A DNA stretch of 64,000 nucleotides, taken from NCBI RefSeq assembly GCF_009914755.1, contig NC_060948.1. The stretch is one strand, 5' to 3'. The notes under the pieces are model-generated. The model saw only the letters and a program-made list of their open reading frames with translations, did no database searches and was not told where the DNA came from. This DNA is from the human T2T-CHM13v2.0 reference genome, Homo sapiens. Below are positions 1 to 21,785 of the stretch, piece after piece (the stretch's first letter is position 1; each line of letters begins with the position of its first letter). A program made the translations under genes and the position numbers.

Positions 1-1759
1 TTAGGTATGTCACATAAGTGAAATCACACAAATTTGTGCCTTTGTGTCTAGTTTGTTAGCTTAGCATAATGTTTTAAAGGTTCATCTATGTTGTAGCATG
101 GTCAGAACTTGATTCATTTTCAGGGGATACTCTCTCATATGTGTATACTAGATGTTGTTTATACATCGGTCTGTTGATAGACACCTGGATTATTTCTACC
201 TTTTAGCTCTTGATTACTGTTATTGTGAATATTACTATGAGCACAGATCTCTGAGTTCTTATTCTCAGAGCTATTGAGTATATTTGTAGAAATGGATGTG
301 CTGGGTCATAGGGTAAGTTGTGTTTAACTTTTTGAAGATCTGCTGAACTTTTTTAACATTGGCTTCACCACTTTACACTCCCAACCTCACCTTACACAGG
401 CTTTAGTTTCTCCAAATCCTCTCCCACACTATTTTCACTTTTGTTAATGGCCATCCTAACGTATGTAAGATGTAACCTCATTGTGGTTTGTATTTACATT
501 TCCTTATGACTATTGTAGTGATATTGAGCATTGGCTCTTGTGATATTACTGGCCACTTGTATATCTGCTTTAGAGAAATGTATCTTCCAGTTTTTATAGC
601 ATTATTGAATTTGATTATTTTTGTAGTGAGTTTCTGTATATATTCTGGATATTAATTCCTTTCCAGACTAATGATTTACAAACATTTTCTCCTATTCTTC
701 AGGATTTATTTCCACTCTGCTGATAATGTTATTTTATGCACAGAAGTTTTTAATTTTCATGAAGTTTAATTTATGTCTTTTTTGGTTTCCTGTGTTTCCA
801 TCATCCTCAGTATAGAAATCATTGGCAAATCCAGAGCAAAAGCTATTTTCTCCTACATTGTTTTCTAAGAATTTTTTATTTTTATAGTTCTTAATTTTAG
901 ATCTTTCATCCAATTGGAGTTGATTTTTGTGAATGATGTGAAACTAAGTGTCCAACTCCATTCTTTTGAATGTGGATATCCAGCTTTCCCATCATGATGA
1001 ACATGGTCTTACCCCATTGAGTGGTCTAGGCACCTTGTTGAAGATACAAGGGGTTGTTTCTAGGCTCTAAATTATATTCCTTTGGTCTATATGCCTGTCC
1101 TTAGGCCAATGCCACACTCCTGATTAGTACATCAGGGAATATAAGTCCTTCAGCTTTGTTGGGGTTTTTAGTTTGTTTGTGTTTTGGTTTTGCCTAGGTT
1201 TTTATTTGTTTTTGAGGTTATTTGGACCTTCTAGGTTCTATAAAAATCCATATAAATTTTAAGCTGGATATTGCATTGAATCTCTCTCAAAAGAGTGATT
1301 GCCTCTTAACAGTATTAAGTCTTCCAAGACATGAACATGGGATGTCTTTTCATTTACTTAGATTCTGTTTACTTCTTCAACACTCTTATTTCTTCTCTGC
1401 GAAATTATTTCTAAGTACTGTAGTGCTAACTCTTTTTGCTGCTCTTGTGGATGGAATTGTTTTCTTAATTTTGTTTTGGGATATTCATTGCTAGTATATC
1501 AAAACAACTAATTTTTTTATATTGATTTTATTTATCCTGCAATTTTGTTAAATTTCTTTATGAATTAGAGGTTTTTTTACAGTAAGATCATGCCACTTGC
1601 AAATAACATAGTTTTACTTTTTCTTTCCTTTTTGGACCAAATTTATCTCTTCCCTTTTTTGCCTATATGCTCTACTGCCTTGATTAGTAGTAGTAAGAGC
1701 AGGCGTACTTATCTTGTTCCTGATTGAGGAAAAGCTTTTAGTCTTTCACGATTTAGTGA

Positions 1760-2260
1760 TGTTGTTATTCCTGATCCAGACCCCTAGAGAGGGTTCCTGG
1801 ACCTGGGTCAAGTCCACAGAGTAAAATAAGAGCAAGTTTATAGAGAAGTAAGGAACCAAAAGCACGGCTACTCCATAGGCAGAGCAGCCCTGAGAGTTGC
1901 TAGTTGGTTATTTTTGTGGTGATTTCTTGATTACATGCGAAACAAAGTTTATTTGTGCTAAACAAGTGGATTATTCATGGGTTTTCTGGGAAAGGGGTGG
2001 GAATCTGCTGCTCCCCACTCCCAACCCACCTGATGGTTTCTCCCTTTTTTGAACTATATAGGATAAAGTCTGGATGGTTGCCACGGTATTTGTAAAGTGA
2101 TATGACGCTGGTGGGAGTGTCTTTTCGCAAGCTAATGCATTATATTTAGCGTACAAAGAGCCAGCTTCTTTACTGCATCCTGTTTTATCAGCAGGGTCTT
2201 TGTGACCTGCATTTTGTGTGGACTTCCTGTGGGAGTCGCTCTGGTTCGAATACCTGTGAC
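1760..2260 (-). mobile_element. MER41B-like solo LTR (internally deleted)
   Basis: gatccagacccctagagagggttc end, GAS-bearing ttttctgggaaaggggtgg segment and gctaatgcattata segment. Confidence 0.75.
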
Positions 2261-2438
2261 CATGTTAGCTATTAGTTTTTCATATACGGCCTTTATGCTG
2301 TTGAGAAACTTCTCTTGTATTCCAAGTTTTCAAAATCAGTTTTATTATGAAAAGGTGTTTACATTAGTTTGGATAATTTTTTTGACTCAATTGAGATAGC
2401 CTTAAGCCTTATTTTCTTTATTGTATTTCTGATGATAC

Positions 2439-3309
2439 TGTTACTGGAAAAGATTCCTGATCCAGATCCTAAGAGAGGACTCTTCGGTCTCATGTAAGAA
2501 AGAATTCAGGGTGAGACCATAAAGTAAAGGCAAGTTTATTAAGAAAGTAGAGGAATAGGCCGGGCACAGTGGCTCACACCTGTAATCCTAGCACTCTGGG
2601 AGGCCGAGGCAGGCAGATCACCAGAGGTCAGGAGTTCAAGACCAGCCTGACCAACCTGGTGAAACCCCATCTCTAGTAAAATAGAAAAATTAGCCAGGCA
2701 TGATGGCAGGTGCCTGTAATCCCAGCTACTTGGGAGGCTGAGACGGGAGATTGTTTGAAACCTGGAAGACGGTGGTGCAGTGAGCTGAGATTGCACCACT
2801 GCACTCCAGCCTGGGCGGCTAAGTGAGACTCTGTCAGGAAGGGGTGGGGGAGGGGCAGGGGAAAAGAAAGTAGAGGAATAAGAAAATGGCTACTCCAAAG
2901 GCAGAGCAGCCCTGAGGGCTGCTGGTTACCCATTTATGTGGTTATTTGTTGATTATATGCAAAACAAGGGTTGGGTTATTCATGCTTTCCATTTTTATAC
3001 CATATAGGGTAAACTTCCTGACATTGCCATGGCATTTGTAAACTGTCATGGCGCTGGTGAGACTGCAGCAGTGAGGATGACCAGAAGTCACTCTCATTGC
3101 CGTATTGGTTTTGGTGGGGTTTAGCTGGCTTTCTTACTGCAACCTGTTTCATCAGCAAGGTCTTTATGATCTGTATCTTGTACCAACCTCTGTCTCGTCC
3201 TTTGACTTAGAATGCCTAACCCTCTGGGAATGCAGCCCAGTAGATCTCAGCCTTATTTTACCTAGCCCCTATTCAAGATGGAATTGTTCTGGTTCAGAGG
3301 CTTCTGACA
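2439..3309 (-). mobile_element. MER41A-like solo LTR with AluS inserted at 2558-2863 (+)
   Basis: TG...CA ends; reverse complement begins TGTCAGA...TGAACCAGA...CCATCTTGAATAGGGGCT. Alu TSD AAGAAAGTAGAGGAATA at 2541-2557 and 2864-2880. Confidence 0.8.
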
Positions 3310-3449
3310 ATATATTAGGAATCAATTCATATGTTTAAACACCCTTACGTTCTTGATAAATCCCACACTTCATCGTGGTACCTTGTACTTTTAATATGCT
3401 GCTGGATTTCTTGCTAGTATTTTATTGAGGATTTTTGCATGTATATTGT

Positions 3450-4222
3450 TGTCAATGAAAAGAATCAAACTCTATAGAATATTTGAAGAGATTTATTCTG
3501 AGCCAAATATGAGTGCCCATGGCCCGTGACACAGCCCTCAGGAGGTCCTGAGAACATGTGCCCAAGGTGGTCGGGGTGCAGCTTGGTTTTACACATTTTA
3601 GGGAGGCATTAGACATCAATCAGATACATGTACAAAATACACTGGTTTGGTCCAGAAAGGCGGGACAACTCAAAAGCGGGTGATGGGGGCTTCCAGGGTA
3701 TAGGTAAATTTAAACATTTTCTGGTTGACAATTGGTTTTATGCAAAGACCTGGGATCATAGAAAGCACATGTTCAGGTTAAGATAAAAGATTGTGGAGAC
3801 CAAGGTTCTTGTGAAGTCTTTTTACAGTGGCTGCCCTTAGAGACAATAAATGACAAATGTTTTTTATTCAGATCTTGAAAAGGTGCTGGACCTTCAGTTA
3901 ATCTCTTTAGGATTGACAGGGCTTGGAAGAAAAACACTTGGCTATATTAATAGAGATTCTTAACAGATGCAGGTTTTCTCCCACAAAGGAAAGCTTTGCA
4001 GAGCTGTTTCAAGATATGGCTAAGAAACATGTTTTGGGGTAAAATATTTTGATTTTCTTCCTTGTATCGTAATGTTATGCCAGAGTCAGACTGAAAAGTA
4101 AGTCACGATATATAGGGTTAAATAAAAGCCATCTGATGAGGATTTATGATTTGTAGGGAATGACTCCCCAGACCCTTTAGACAGGAATTTGGGCAACATA
4201 AAAAGTCAGATCTTCGTCCTCA
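3450..4222 (-). mobile_element. MER4E-like ERV1 solo LTR
   Basis: TG...CA termini, 4-bp TSD TTGT, MER4 hallmark gacacagccctcaggaggtcctgagaacatgtgcccaagg. Confidence 0.75.
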
Positions 4223-4252
4223 TTGTTAAAAGGTATTGTGTTGGTCTCTACT

Positions 4253-4405
4253 TTCCCCTTCCCTCCTTCCCTTCCTTTCTCCTTCCCTTTTTCTTCCCTT
4301 TTGCTTCCCTTCTCCTTCCCTTCCCCTTCCCTTCCCCTTTCCCTTCCCTCCCCCTTCCCCTCCCTCTCTCCCTCCCTCCTTCCTTCCTTCCGTCCTTCCT
4401 TCTTT
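4253..4405. repeat. Polypyrimidine low-complexity tract (CCCTT/CCTT)n
   Basis: Directly visible C/T tract. Confidence 0.9.
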
Positions 4406-4466
4406 CGAAAAAATATTTGTCTAGCTTTGTTAGGTGAATAGTATTGGTCTTATAAGTTAAGAAGTA

Positions 4467-4735
4467 CAGGTTGAGTATCCTTTATTTGAAATGCTTGGGA
4501 CTTAGAAGTGTTTTGGATTTTAGAATGTTTGCATATCTTGGTGATGAGAAACCAGTCTAAACAGGAAATTCATTTATTTTTCATCTATCTTCATGAAGGT
4601 AATTTTGTGTATTCGTTTTGTGCGTGAAACAAAGATTGCGTTAAGACTGAGGGATGGAGTTTTTCACTTGTGTCAGCCCTCAAGTTTCAGGTTAGAGAAC
4701 ACCTCTAATTTTTGTTATTAGCGATGGTCAACCTG
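4467..4735. mobile_element. Tigger4/MER46-like MITE
   Basis: TA-CAGGTTGA...TCAACCTG-TA terminal inverted repeats with TA TSD. Confidence 0.7.
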
Positions 4736-4833
4736 TACTGTCTTGTTTTAAAATAAATGATTTTGGAAAAGGGAAAAATTTGTTTTAATTTGAACATTTG
4801 GTAGATTTCAACAGTTGAACACTCTGGTCCTGG

Positions 4834-5746
<913 letters not shown>

Positions 5747-5769
5747 CTGGGGTTTTCTTTTTAATAGAT

Positions 5770-6860
<1,091 letters not shown>

Positions 6861-7025
6861 ATAAAAGCAGACATCAAGAAACTTTAATGCCAAATGTAAG
6901 GTAGTTTGTTTTGTTTTGAAAGGAGTTTCTGCATTTAAGTGTGTCAAGAATTTTCACATATTAAAAATACTCCAACTGAACCTAAAAACTAGACTTTATA
7001 AACATTATAACTTAGATGTTTATAC

Positions 7026-7515
7026 TGGAACAGGAATTAAAAGAAATTAAAGAGTGTGTAAGCAAAAACTCAGTTGTATGTAAGAAAACCCAATTTCCCC
7101 TGAGGAAGAGAAAGAGCTGGAGTACTTTAAAAAGTAACTGCCTGTTTTTCTGTGGCTAGTGAGCCTTATTTCTTCTCCTTTTCAAGGCATTGTGAAGACC
7201 CTGGTTCTCTAGCTGTGCAGCTGCAAGGTCACTAGACAGATAAACTTAAATCGCAAAACATGTTTTTCCTTGGAAAGTAAGAAATGATGTAATGCATGTC
7301 TCAGTTAATTGAAAAACTGCCTTTGTTTCTCACTTCTGTAATGCTTCCCCATGCACAGATCTCCCCCCACCCCAAGAAATGCTTAAAAGGTAACTTAACT
7401 CTTTGTTCAAGGCTCAGTCCTTTGGATGTCAATCCGACTGGGCCGGAGTACCTAAGTAATAAATATCCTCCTGAACCCCATTGGTTTCTCTGATTCCTTA
7501 CAAAATCCCGCAACA
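7026..7515 (+). mobile_element. ERV1 solo LTR, probably LTR15 (HERV15)
   Basis: 490 bp, TG...CA, perfect TSD ATAC, AATAAA at 7458-7463. Family name from recall. Confidence 0.6.
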
Positions 7516-8995
7516 ATACCTAAACGATTCCATGATTCATTAATATTGCACAAGAAGTTTTATTCTAGAGTGATAATGGTTTCTTCATGTTAACTGGGTA
7601 AGAACAAGGTATTTAAAAACAAAGGAAAATCGATATGTCAGCATGAATCCTAAGTGTATGTTTGGTTTGCGGGAATGATCTTCAGTGGAATTTTTGTCAG
7701 AAATATTTATTCTAAAAAATAAGTCTTTTGATTTAGAATTTTCTGTCTCTGAGGTATTTTGTATCTTCATAAAGACAAAGGCAGTATCTCAGTTTCTGTG
7801 TATCTATTTGAGGGAGGCTGCTTCATACCCTTTTAGACTCGGCATTCTAGGAGGAAGAAATAAGAAAAACAAACATCATTTCAGACTTTTCTGTCATCCA
7901 AAAGTAATAAAACACAATTGTGGTCTTTTATATATCACTGGCTGTAGATAAAAATTAGAGCTTCCAAGAACAGTCTAGTGCTCACCAGTATGCTTTTATA
8001 TTTGGGTGTATATGTGCATAAAATAATGACATTTGGGCAAAGAAGCTTTGTCGTTACTTATTTTAAAGTTACAGTGCTTAAAAATGCCTTGTAATATTAA
8101 ATAAGGAGCTTGGATATTTCTAGTCCTGCTTCCAAGTGTTAGCTATGGGTGAACTTGTTTCAGGCTATGAGGCTGGATTAGGGCGTCTTGTAGCTAATGA
8201 TGTATTCTGCTCAGCCCAGTACTAGTGTCATGAGCAGACAGACTGACAATCAAAACTGATAGATTTTCTTCTGCACATACTTTTAACACAGATTCTATCC
8301 CTTGTGCGAAGCCCCAGATTTTCTTCAGCTGTTCACACTCTCATTGGCCTGTTCCAACTCAATCTTCACATTACAGTGCACAAGGGCTTTGGATTCCTCA
8401 AGCACAACAGGATTGTAGGAGGCAAGCTCCTTAATTTGAACCATAACCTTCTGAGTGAAAGGTGTCGTCCAAAACGCCTGAGAGACCAGGCATTTGGTAC
8501 ACGCCTCCAAACACCAAAGGTATTGGAAGCCACGCCTTTTCATTAGCCCAAACCACATCACAAAGAGGCAGTATGGATGTGACGAGTCCAATGGCTGGGC
8601 CATTGACTGATGAAATAATAGGCTTCTTACCCTAAATGAGAGTATTCACAAAGTTTTCGCTAGTGTCCACTCTTTTAATGCTTTCCCTTTTTCTATCATT
8701 TCTTAAATGCTTCACAAAGAACACAAAATCAAGGCCACAGCAAAGACACTGTCAGCTACGCTGAGTAGCAGGAGCTTGCTGTCATTGGCAGCAGCCCTAT
8801 TCAGAGTACCCTGAATTTCTTTCATTACTTCTGTATTTAGGGAGTTATTCTCTGTTGATCTAGTTAATAGCAGGATCTGAGTGAAGCCATCTTTCTTCCT
8901 CACCACAGTATCTCAGTATCTGTCGGCACTTTGTTAGCTTTGTGCTGAAACGCACCCTCTTGACAAAAGGCTGGTTTCTTCTGTCATCAATAAGC

Positions 8996-9324
<329 letters not shown>

Positions 9325-10429
9325 TGTCATCAACAACCTTTCTTTTCCCACCTCTCACTCTTGGTACGGATGTTTGCATGTTTGTTGCTCCATGGGCTAT
9401 TAATGGATCGATTAATAGCAATGTACTTTCTTCCTTGTTAGCTGAGCCTGTGGCCCTGGCAGCAGTCACTGGGCCAGACATCTGAGGCATTAGTGGGTAG
9501 ATCTGGGGTCTGTTCTCCATCCCAGCCTTTTTTTCCCTGGGGTCTGATAAAGCTCTGCCTGGCTTCTCTGCTGCCACCTTGAGCACCACTGTGTCCTGCT
9601 GATGTGGCTCAACAGGGTCCAGTTTTTCAGGTTCCTGAAAGCCACCCACTGTGTTCCTGGTGTTACTGGGGCTCTGAGGTGCAAGCAAATTCAACTGATA
9701 GTTGAATTTACTAGCTCCATATTCTTTGGATTGGAGAGAGATTAAGCTGTGTTTCTCCCCAAAGTTCTGGCTGGCAGCAGACAACTGGCTGTTTTTGGAC
9801 TTGTGGTCTTTGCTAATCGCTAGCATCTTAAAAGAGCTCTTAGAAAAGTTGGTTTTGGTAAGGCTGGAGATTTCTTTTTTGGCATTGTTTGAAGAAGTTC
9901 TACCTATTCTGGCCAGTATGTTGTCTTTCTGTTTTTCAGTGTGGGATGTGTTAAAATCGTGAATATATTGCCCACAGTTCATGAGGTGTGGCCCTGGTTC
10001 CCAAGTGTCATCCTTGTTGTCATAGCCTTTCCACCAAACCAAATAATCTGTCTTCCCTTTCTTGTCTTGTCAACAGTCGTTTCAACCTCAAACTCCTGGG
10101 AAACCATGGATGGGTGGACAGGGTTGGGGCAGGTGCTGTGCCAGGTGGCCAACACTTTGTTTCAGTTGTGTCCCCACATAGCCACCACTTCTGCCTCCAC
10201 TGCTCCACCAGGCGCTGGGCACGTATGAGCCTCTCCTGCTTTTGTGGCCACTGGTGGGGAAGAAGTTGTGTGGAGAAACTGCCTTTGGCTCTCCACACTT
10301 ACTCCCTGGTGGGCCAGCTCGGGCTTGGGGCCATGGTCCCATGATGCAGGGCTAGGCAGATGCCTCAGGTAAGAGCAGCTGGATCCCCAGCTCCTGGTCT
10401 CGGGTGTCATGCAGAAAGCGTCCTACCTG

Positions 10430-15000
<4,571 letters not shown>

Positions 15001-16457
15001 TTAAGTAGTATATTAACCTCCTAATTTGGGTTCCTAGATGTTAGGTTTTTGTTTTAGTGGATATGGTATGAAACTTTTTCTTTGCTTTGTTTTTAAGTAA
15101 GATTATCGATTCCATATAAAATGCATGAGGCAGGATTTGTTTGTTATAAAGTACAGTTTGGTTTTATATAGGAGAGTCACAAAATACTTCGTTGCCAGGG
15201 TGACTTTCAAGTAAATGTCTAAATGAACAAACAAGGGAATAATCATGTAAGTATGCAGCAGGATCAACAAGTATGAAGATCCCTGGCATAAGCCTACTTA
15301 GCTTGTTAGAAAAATAGCAAGGTCGGTGTGGCTGAGGCAGGATGAAAAAGGAGAACAATTATAGATGAAGAGCTCGTAGAGATAACGGACAGTCCATGTG
15401 ATAGCTTTATATAGGTCATGTTTTATATAGGTCAATAGATATTACTTTAGATTTTACTCTAAGCCTGGTTCATAACTGGAAGTGGGATTGGTAAGGTTGT
15501 TACTGGCATCTAGTGGTGAGAGGCTGGAAGTCTGCTAAATATCCTTAAATCTAGAGTCTCAGACACCTTTAGGAATTTAACACAGTTGGACTGTCTCTCC
15601 AGAAAATTGTGAAGAAAAGGCATACATGTGGAATTCTTTGATACTATAGTTTGAAGATTTCTGAGCCCAACCTGTGGGTTTCATAAATAGGAGGGACTTT
15701 TATAAGCCCTTGAAAAGTTCAGTTGATTAAAGTTTGAGTGGGGTGGAGGAGAGAGAGAGAGAGGGGAGAGAGAAGAGAAGACAGAAGAGAGAGAGAAAAA
15801 GAGATTCTGGGTTTGTCTTCCAAAATTAATGACTCAGTAAGTATGGAATGGAATCTGAGGATCTGTATGTCTTCGAGGTTCTCAAATGATGTTAATGCTG
15901 TTGGTCTGATAATCACGTTTGAGAATCATTGATACAATCAGACATATCTTTAGCCATGTTGCATTTCCATGAGTTGCTTGCTCCAATGCACGGTTCATTG
16001 AAAGTGATTCTGGGGAGGCTAAAAAAGATATACAGAAGCTTAATTCATAGCACCTTTGTATAGTATCTAGAGGGTGTTTCCAGGCATTTCCGAGAGAGGT
16101 TGTTAAAAATATGTCCTGCAAAATAAGAGGCTTATATTTTATTGATTGATGCTTACCTTTGACATGATCCACCCCGACCCCTGATTCACAGTAAATATTA
16201 GAAGATCTAAGAAATCATACATTAACAAACTTGAACAATAAATAGTAAGTAGTAATATTCCTAGCCTACTAGGTAACAATTTGAGGATTAGCTCCCTGAC
16301 AAGTATTTTAAACTCATTCATTCTGTGTTGCTAGCCAAATGCTAAAATGGGGGTTACCTTGTATTTTACTATTGATGTATATACCTCCTATTAAAGATAG
16401 ATCAGTGTTGGAATTATTTTGTTGTTGTTCATAAGATACATTTTGTTTTTATTTCAG

Positions 16458-16566
16458 AACTGTTCGTCAGTTGGCACAGGAGCAGTTCTTTTTAATGTGC
16501 ACCAGATGTTGCATGGGACACAGGCCTCTGCTTTTCTTCATTACTTTACTCTTTACCATACTGGGG
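16458..16566 (+). CDS. USP9Y: USP9Y exon ([36 protein letters not shown])
   Basis: tttcag| acceptor, |gtgaga donor, 109 nt; joins in frame to STAREK. Not in the ORF track. Confidence 0.92.
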
Positions 16567-16950
16567 GTGAGAAGTTTTCAAATGAACTTATCAATATAAT
16601 GCATTCTTAACATGAGAGACATTCAGAAAGTTACTACGATAGCTTTTATTGTATTTAGAACAGGCATAATTAATAAATGCAGTATTATAATTTTTTACTA
16701 TTTGTAGATTGGCTTTTTGTTTTTTTACAGTTCTTGGGAAAAATACACTACGTCTTGGAAAAATATATAGTAGGTCTATAGATGTACTATATATTTATTT
16801 TATGTATATAGTACGTCTGTAGGAAAAATATAGTACATCTTTGTCATTGATATGAAATATTGCCAATTTTAATTTTTCTGGGTTTAAAAAAATTATATGG
16901 ACTCTGAGTGTAGACTTGTGAATTCATGTTGTTTTAATTTAATATTTCAG

Positions 16951-17097
16951 AGCACAGCAAGAGAGAAGGGTAAATATTCAGGTGATTATTTCACACTTTT
17001 ACGGCACCTTCTCAATTATGCTTACAATGGCAATATTAACATACCCAATGCTGAAGTTCTTCTTGTCAGTGAAATTGATTGGCTCAAAAGGATTAGG
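16951..17097 (+). CDS. USP9Y: USP9Y exon ([14 protein letters not shown]...WLKRIR)
   Basis: tttcag| and |gtaagt; 147 nt, phase 0-0. Confidence 0.95.
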
Positions 17098-17569
17098 GTA
17101 AGTTGAATAGTATTTAGTTTATTATGTCATGACCAAATCAGCTGTCTTATTAAAAGGAGGTTTGTAGTCTTTTATTTAGTCTCTATTTTTATTTGACAAC
17201 TTAGGAGAATAAATTCTCAAAATGCCTCTGAGAATAAATACAAACAAAATGTGTACTTTTCACTAGTGAATTGGTAACTTAGATTCATAGAAACAAACAT
17301 AGCTAGTTTTGTTCAATGTGTTTTACTTTTCTTGAAACTTGGAATGCTGATAATTCTGTTTCTTTCACTTTGGTGCTTCTTGGCCTTTTTTGGGGAAATT
17401 ATCACATTTGAAGACTTTTTAAAAAATCGAATTTGAGAGATTCGTATTTACATTGAACCATCTGATATCTTACTTCACAAAGTTCTATGAGAGTATATTT
17501 CTAAAGTGTATGGCTTTGGGCTTCAGGTTAGCTGCTTCTAGTAGATTATAAAGCTTACTTACGGAGCAC

Positions 17570-17740
17570 GGTTTTTGAACCCTGGTATTGACGTTGTGTA
17601 CCCAGATAATTCCTTTTGGGGAGGAGCTTTGCTGTGCATTGTAGGATGTTAAGCAGCATTTCGGGCCTCTTCCACTCAGTGCTGTAGTAACCTCCTTTCC
17701 TCGTGGTTGTAAATCCCAAATATGTTTGTGTAAGCAAAAT
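17570..17740. mobile_element. MER20-like hAT relic
   Basis: ccagataattc...ctgtgcattgtaggatgttaagcagcat motif. Confidence 0.6.
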
Positions 17741-17883
17741 TGCTTGCATTTACTGTTCTAGAGAGTTCTCAAAAAGAAATAGGAAACCACTTGAACAGTT
17801 TGGGGAAGTTGTATAGAAGATCTCATTTCCTTCCAGCTCTCTGTTCTCCTAACTCCTTGTCCTTTTCTATCTCCATGTTGTGA

Positions 17884-18385
<502 letters not shown>

Positions 18386-19108
18386 TCTTTAAGGTAAGTT
18401 CTGAATTTTGTTACTGAACTTCTTATCATGACCTCATAAATGTTAGCAAATCTGTCTGATTGACCTCTGTATAATGTCTTTGAGACATAATCTTGATATT
18501 TTTTCTTTTTTCTTGTCCCACTTCTCTTTTAAAAAGGATCTCTGAAGAGGTTACAGTAACTTTAAAACGTGTGCCTCACTTTAAGAGATTTTGTAAAGTA
18601 ATTACAAATCAGAGTTACAATAAAGTGGTATGAAAAGTCAGTAAGCAGCATTGAGGTGATTTTCATGTTGAATAAATCTCAATTTTTCTTGACTAGATTT
18701 CTAAATGAGAGAAATTTCTGTCTTGCAAAACTTCATTTTTTATACACTATTTCTTGGTGAGCTTCTTTATATGTCATGCAATTCAAGAAAAAGAATATAA
18801 CTTTGATGCATTCTGTTCCTGTTTGAAATGAATTTGTTTCTGTTTATATCTGATTAAAGAAATAAATTTATTTAGAATGTCACTTTTCTTTGGTATAAAA
18901 TTGTTTAAATCACTTCAAAAAATCTAATCTGGAAAACTGATTACATTTATTAATTGTACTCGGGTTTTTTTGTGGGGTTTTGTTTTGAGATATAATGAGA
19001 TATTTAATTATGTCAGATAATTACTAAAGTATTCCCTTTGAAGAAACATATTGTTCCTAACCTATATTTTCTACTAATAACATGTAATGTCTTTTTCTAA
19101 CTTACTAG

Positions 19109-19331
19109 GAATTAATTGATGATTTCATCTTTCCCGCATCCAAAGTTTACCTGCAGTATTTAAGAAGTGGAGAACTACCAGCTGAGCAGGCTATTCCAGT
19201 CTGTAGTTCACCCGTTACCATCAATGCCGGTTTTGAGCTACTTGTAGCATTAGCTATTGGCTGTGTGAGGAATCTCAAACAGATAGTAGACTGTTTGACT
19301 GAAATGTATTACATGGGCACAGCAATTACTA
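19109..19331 (+). CDS. USP9Y: USP9Y exon ([17 protein letters not shown]...YYMGTAIT)
   Basis: tactag| and |gtgagt; 223 nt, ends phase 1. Confidence 0.94.
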
Positions 19332-20114
19332 GTGAGTATTTTAAATTATAAAGCTGTTTTGTTCATTAATAATACTTCACTGTAAAATTTTATTTGGTGT
19401 TTTAGAAAAAATTAACTTGTGATGGACTTTTTTTGATCCAATGAGTTTAACATTTTTTAGCTGTCAGTTATACAATTAAAACCACTTTAGTCAGAGAACA
19501 TTAATTCAGAAAAATTTTTAGCTGTGTCTTTTAAATGCTCCTTATAGTTTGTTTAGATGAGTTTTATTTAATCATATGTGAAATAAAACCAAAACTTCAG
19601 AGTAACAGGAAGGCAAATTTAATGCCATAAAAAGTTTATATTTAAAATGTATGTATTGAAAAGATTTTCATAATCCTAACACTGAAGTTGCTTAATGTTA
19701 TTTTAGTTGAATTCTAAGGAAGGTATGGTTTTAAAGATCACAGTGTGAGAAGAGAATATTTGAGTGTATTTTACTAAGTTCTAAATGCCTACATCAGTCC
19801 CACAAAGTGAGTACCTATGTTCAGATCTTACATAGAACTGAAACTCAGAGTGGGAGGTGGTATAAGTAAAATAACAGATAATAATATAAAATTTAGTTCA
19901 TTTCAAGGAAAAACCCAAGGCTTAAAAATATAATTAATAACAGCATTCATTATAAATCTTTAATAAATATGAATTTATCTTTGCTTATGTCTTTCTCTGG
20001 GTGAGGACGTTTTCAATCACATTGTAGGAGTTTCTAGCTAAACTCCCTGCTTAGAAGGTCAGATGTTTTTTTGTCGCTTTGAATCTGCATAGAGAGAAGA
20101 GTTTCTTCTTTTGA

Positions 20115-20312
<198 letters not shown>

Positions 20313-20488
20313 TAGAACTCCTGACCTCAGGTGATCCACCCATCTTGGCCTCCCAAAGCGCTGAGATTACATGTGTGAGTAACTACTTGAGATTACATGT
20401 GTGAGTCACTCTTTTTTAAAAAGTTTCTTTTTTAAAAACGCTTCTTTTGTTAATTTATTTAGCTAATGTATTTATGTGGTAAGTGTAG

Positions 20489-20904
<416 letters not shown>

Positions 20905-21395
20905 TTAACAGTTATTAACTTCCTACAGGTTTTATGTTTCCAGTCCAGAGATTATCTCTGTCTATGCATTTATATGTATGTATAGCTATTCGTTTTGTAC
21001 AAATGAGAATGTACAAAATACAATATTGTTAATTTTGTTTTGTACTTTGTGACACACCTGTCAGCACATGAAGGTCTGTATAATTCTGTTTTTTAGCTAC
21101 ATAACTTGCAGTTCAATGTGCTCCAGTTTATGTAATTCATCTCTGATGGTGATTGATGTTTAAGTTGTTTTGGTTTTATGCAAGTAAGAGAGGGATTTAT
21201 AGTTCTCACAGTGATTTGAAATACACCATCCCATTGACTTTATCTCACAATAAAACTGGATATTGGTAAAGCAATTATCACTATTTACTAAGGAAGGAAA
21301 CAGATATTTACGTGAAGGTTATACTTTTTTAAGAATCAGAACCACGACTTGACAAAGTCAAGTTTGTAATGTATACATACTTTCATTATAAATAA

Positions 21396-21785
<390 letters not shown>

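Larger units (their letters stand above)
1..4830 (-). mobile_element. Old L1M fragment (3' UTR into ORF2), split by nested LTRs and a DNA transposon
   Basis: Reverse-complement L1M motifs (ttagcataatgtttt, gtggatatccagctttccc, gaacatgggatgtcttttcattt) resume after each insertion. Confidence 0.75.

Noticed and set aside
4189-4441. Pro/Ser/Phe-rich ORFs in three frames
   Set aside because: Artefact of a stop-free polypyrimidine tract.
9941-10410. Cluster of overlapping GC-rich ORFs as a separate gene
   Set aside because: Explained by the GC-rich leader of the CDY pseudogene; no recognisable protein or splice structure.
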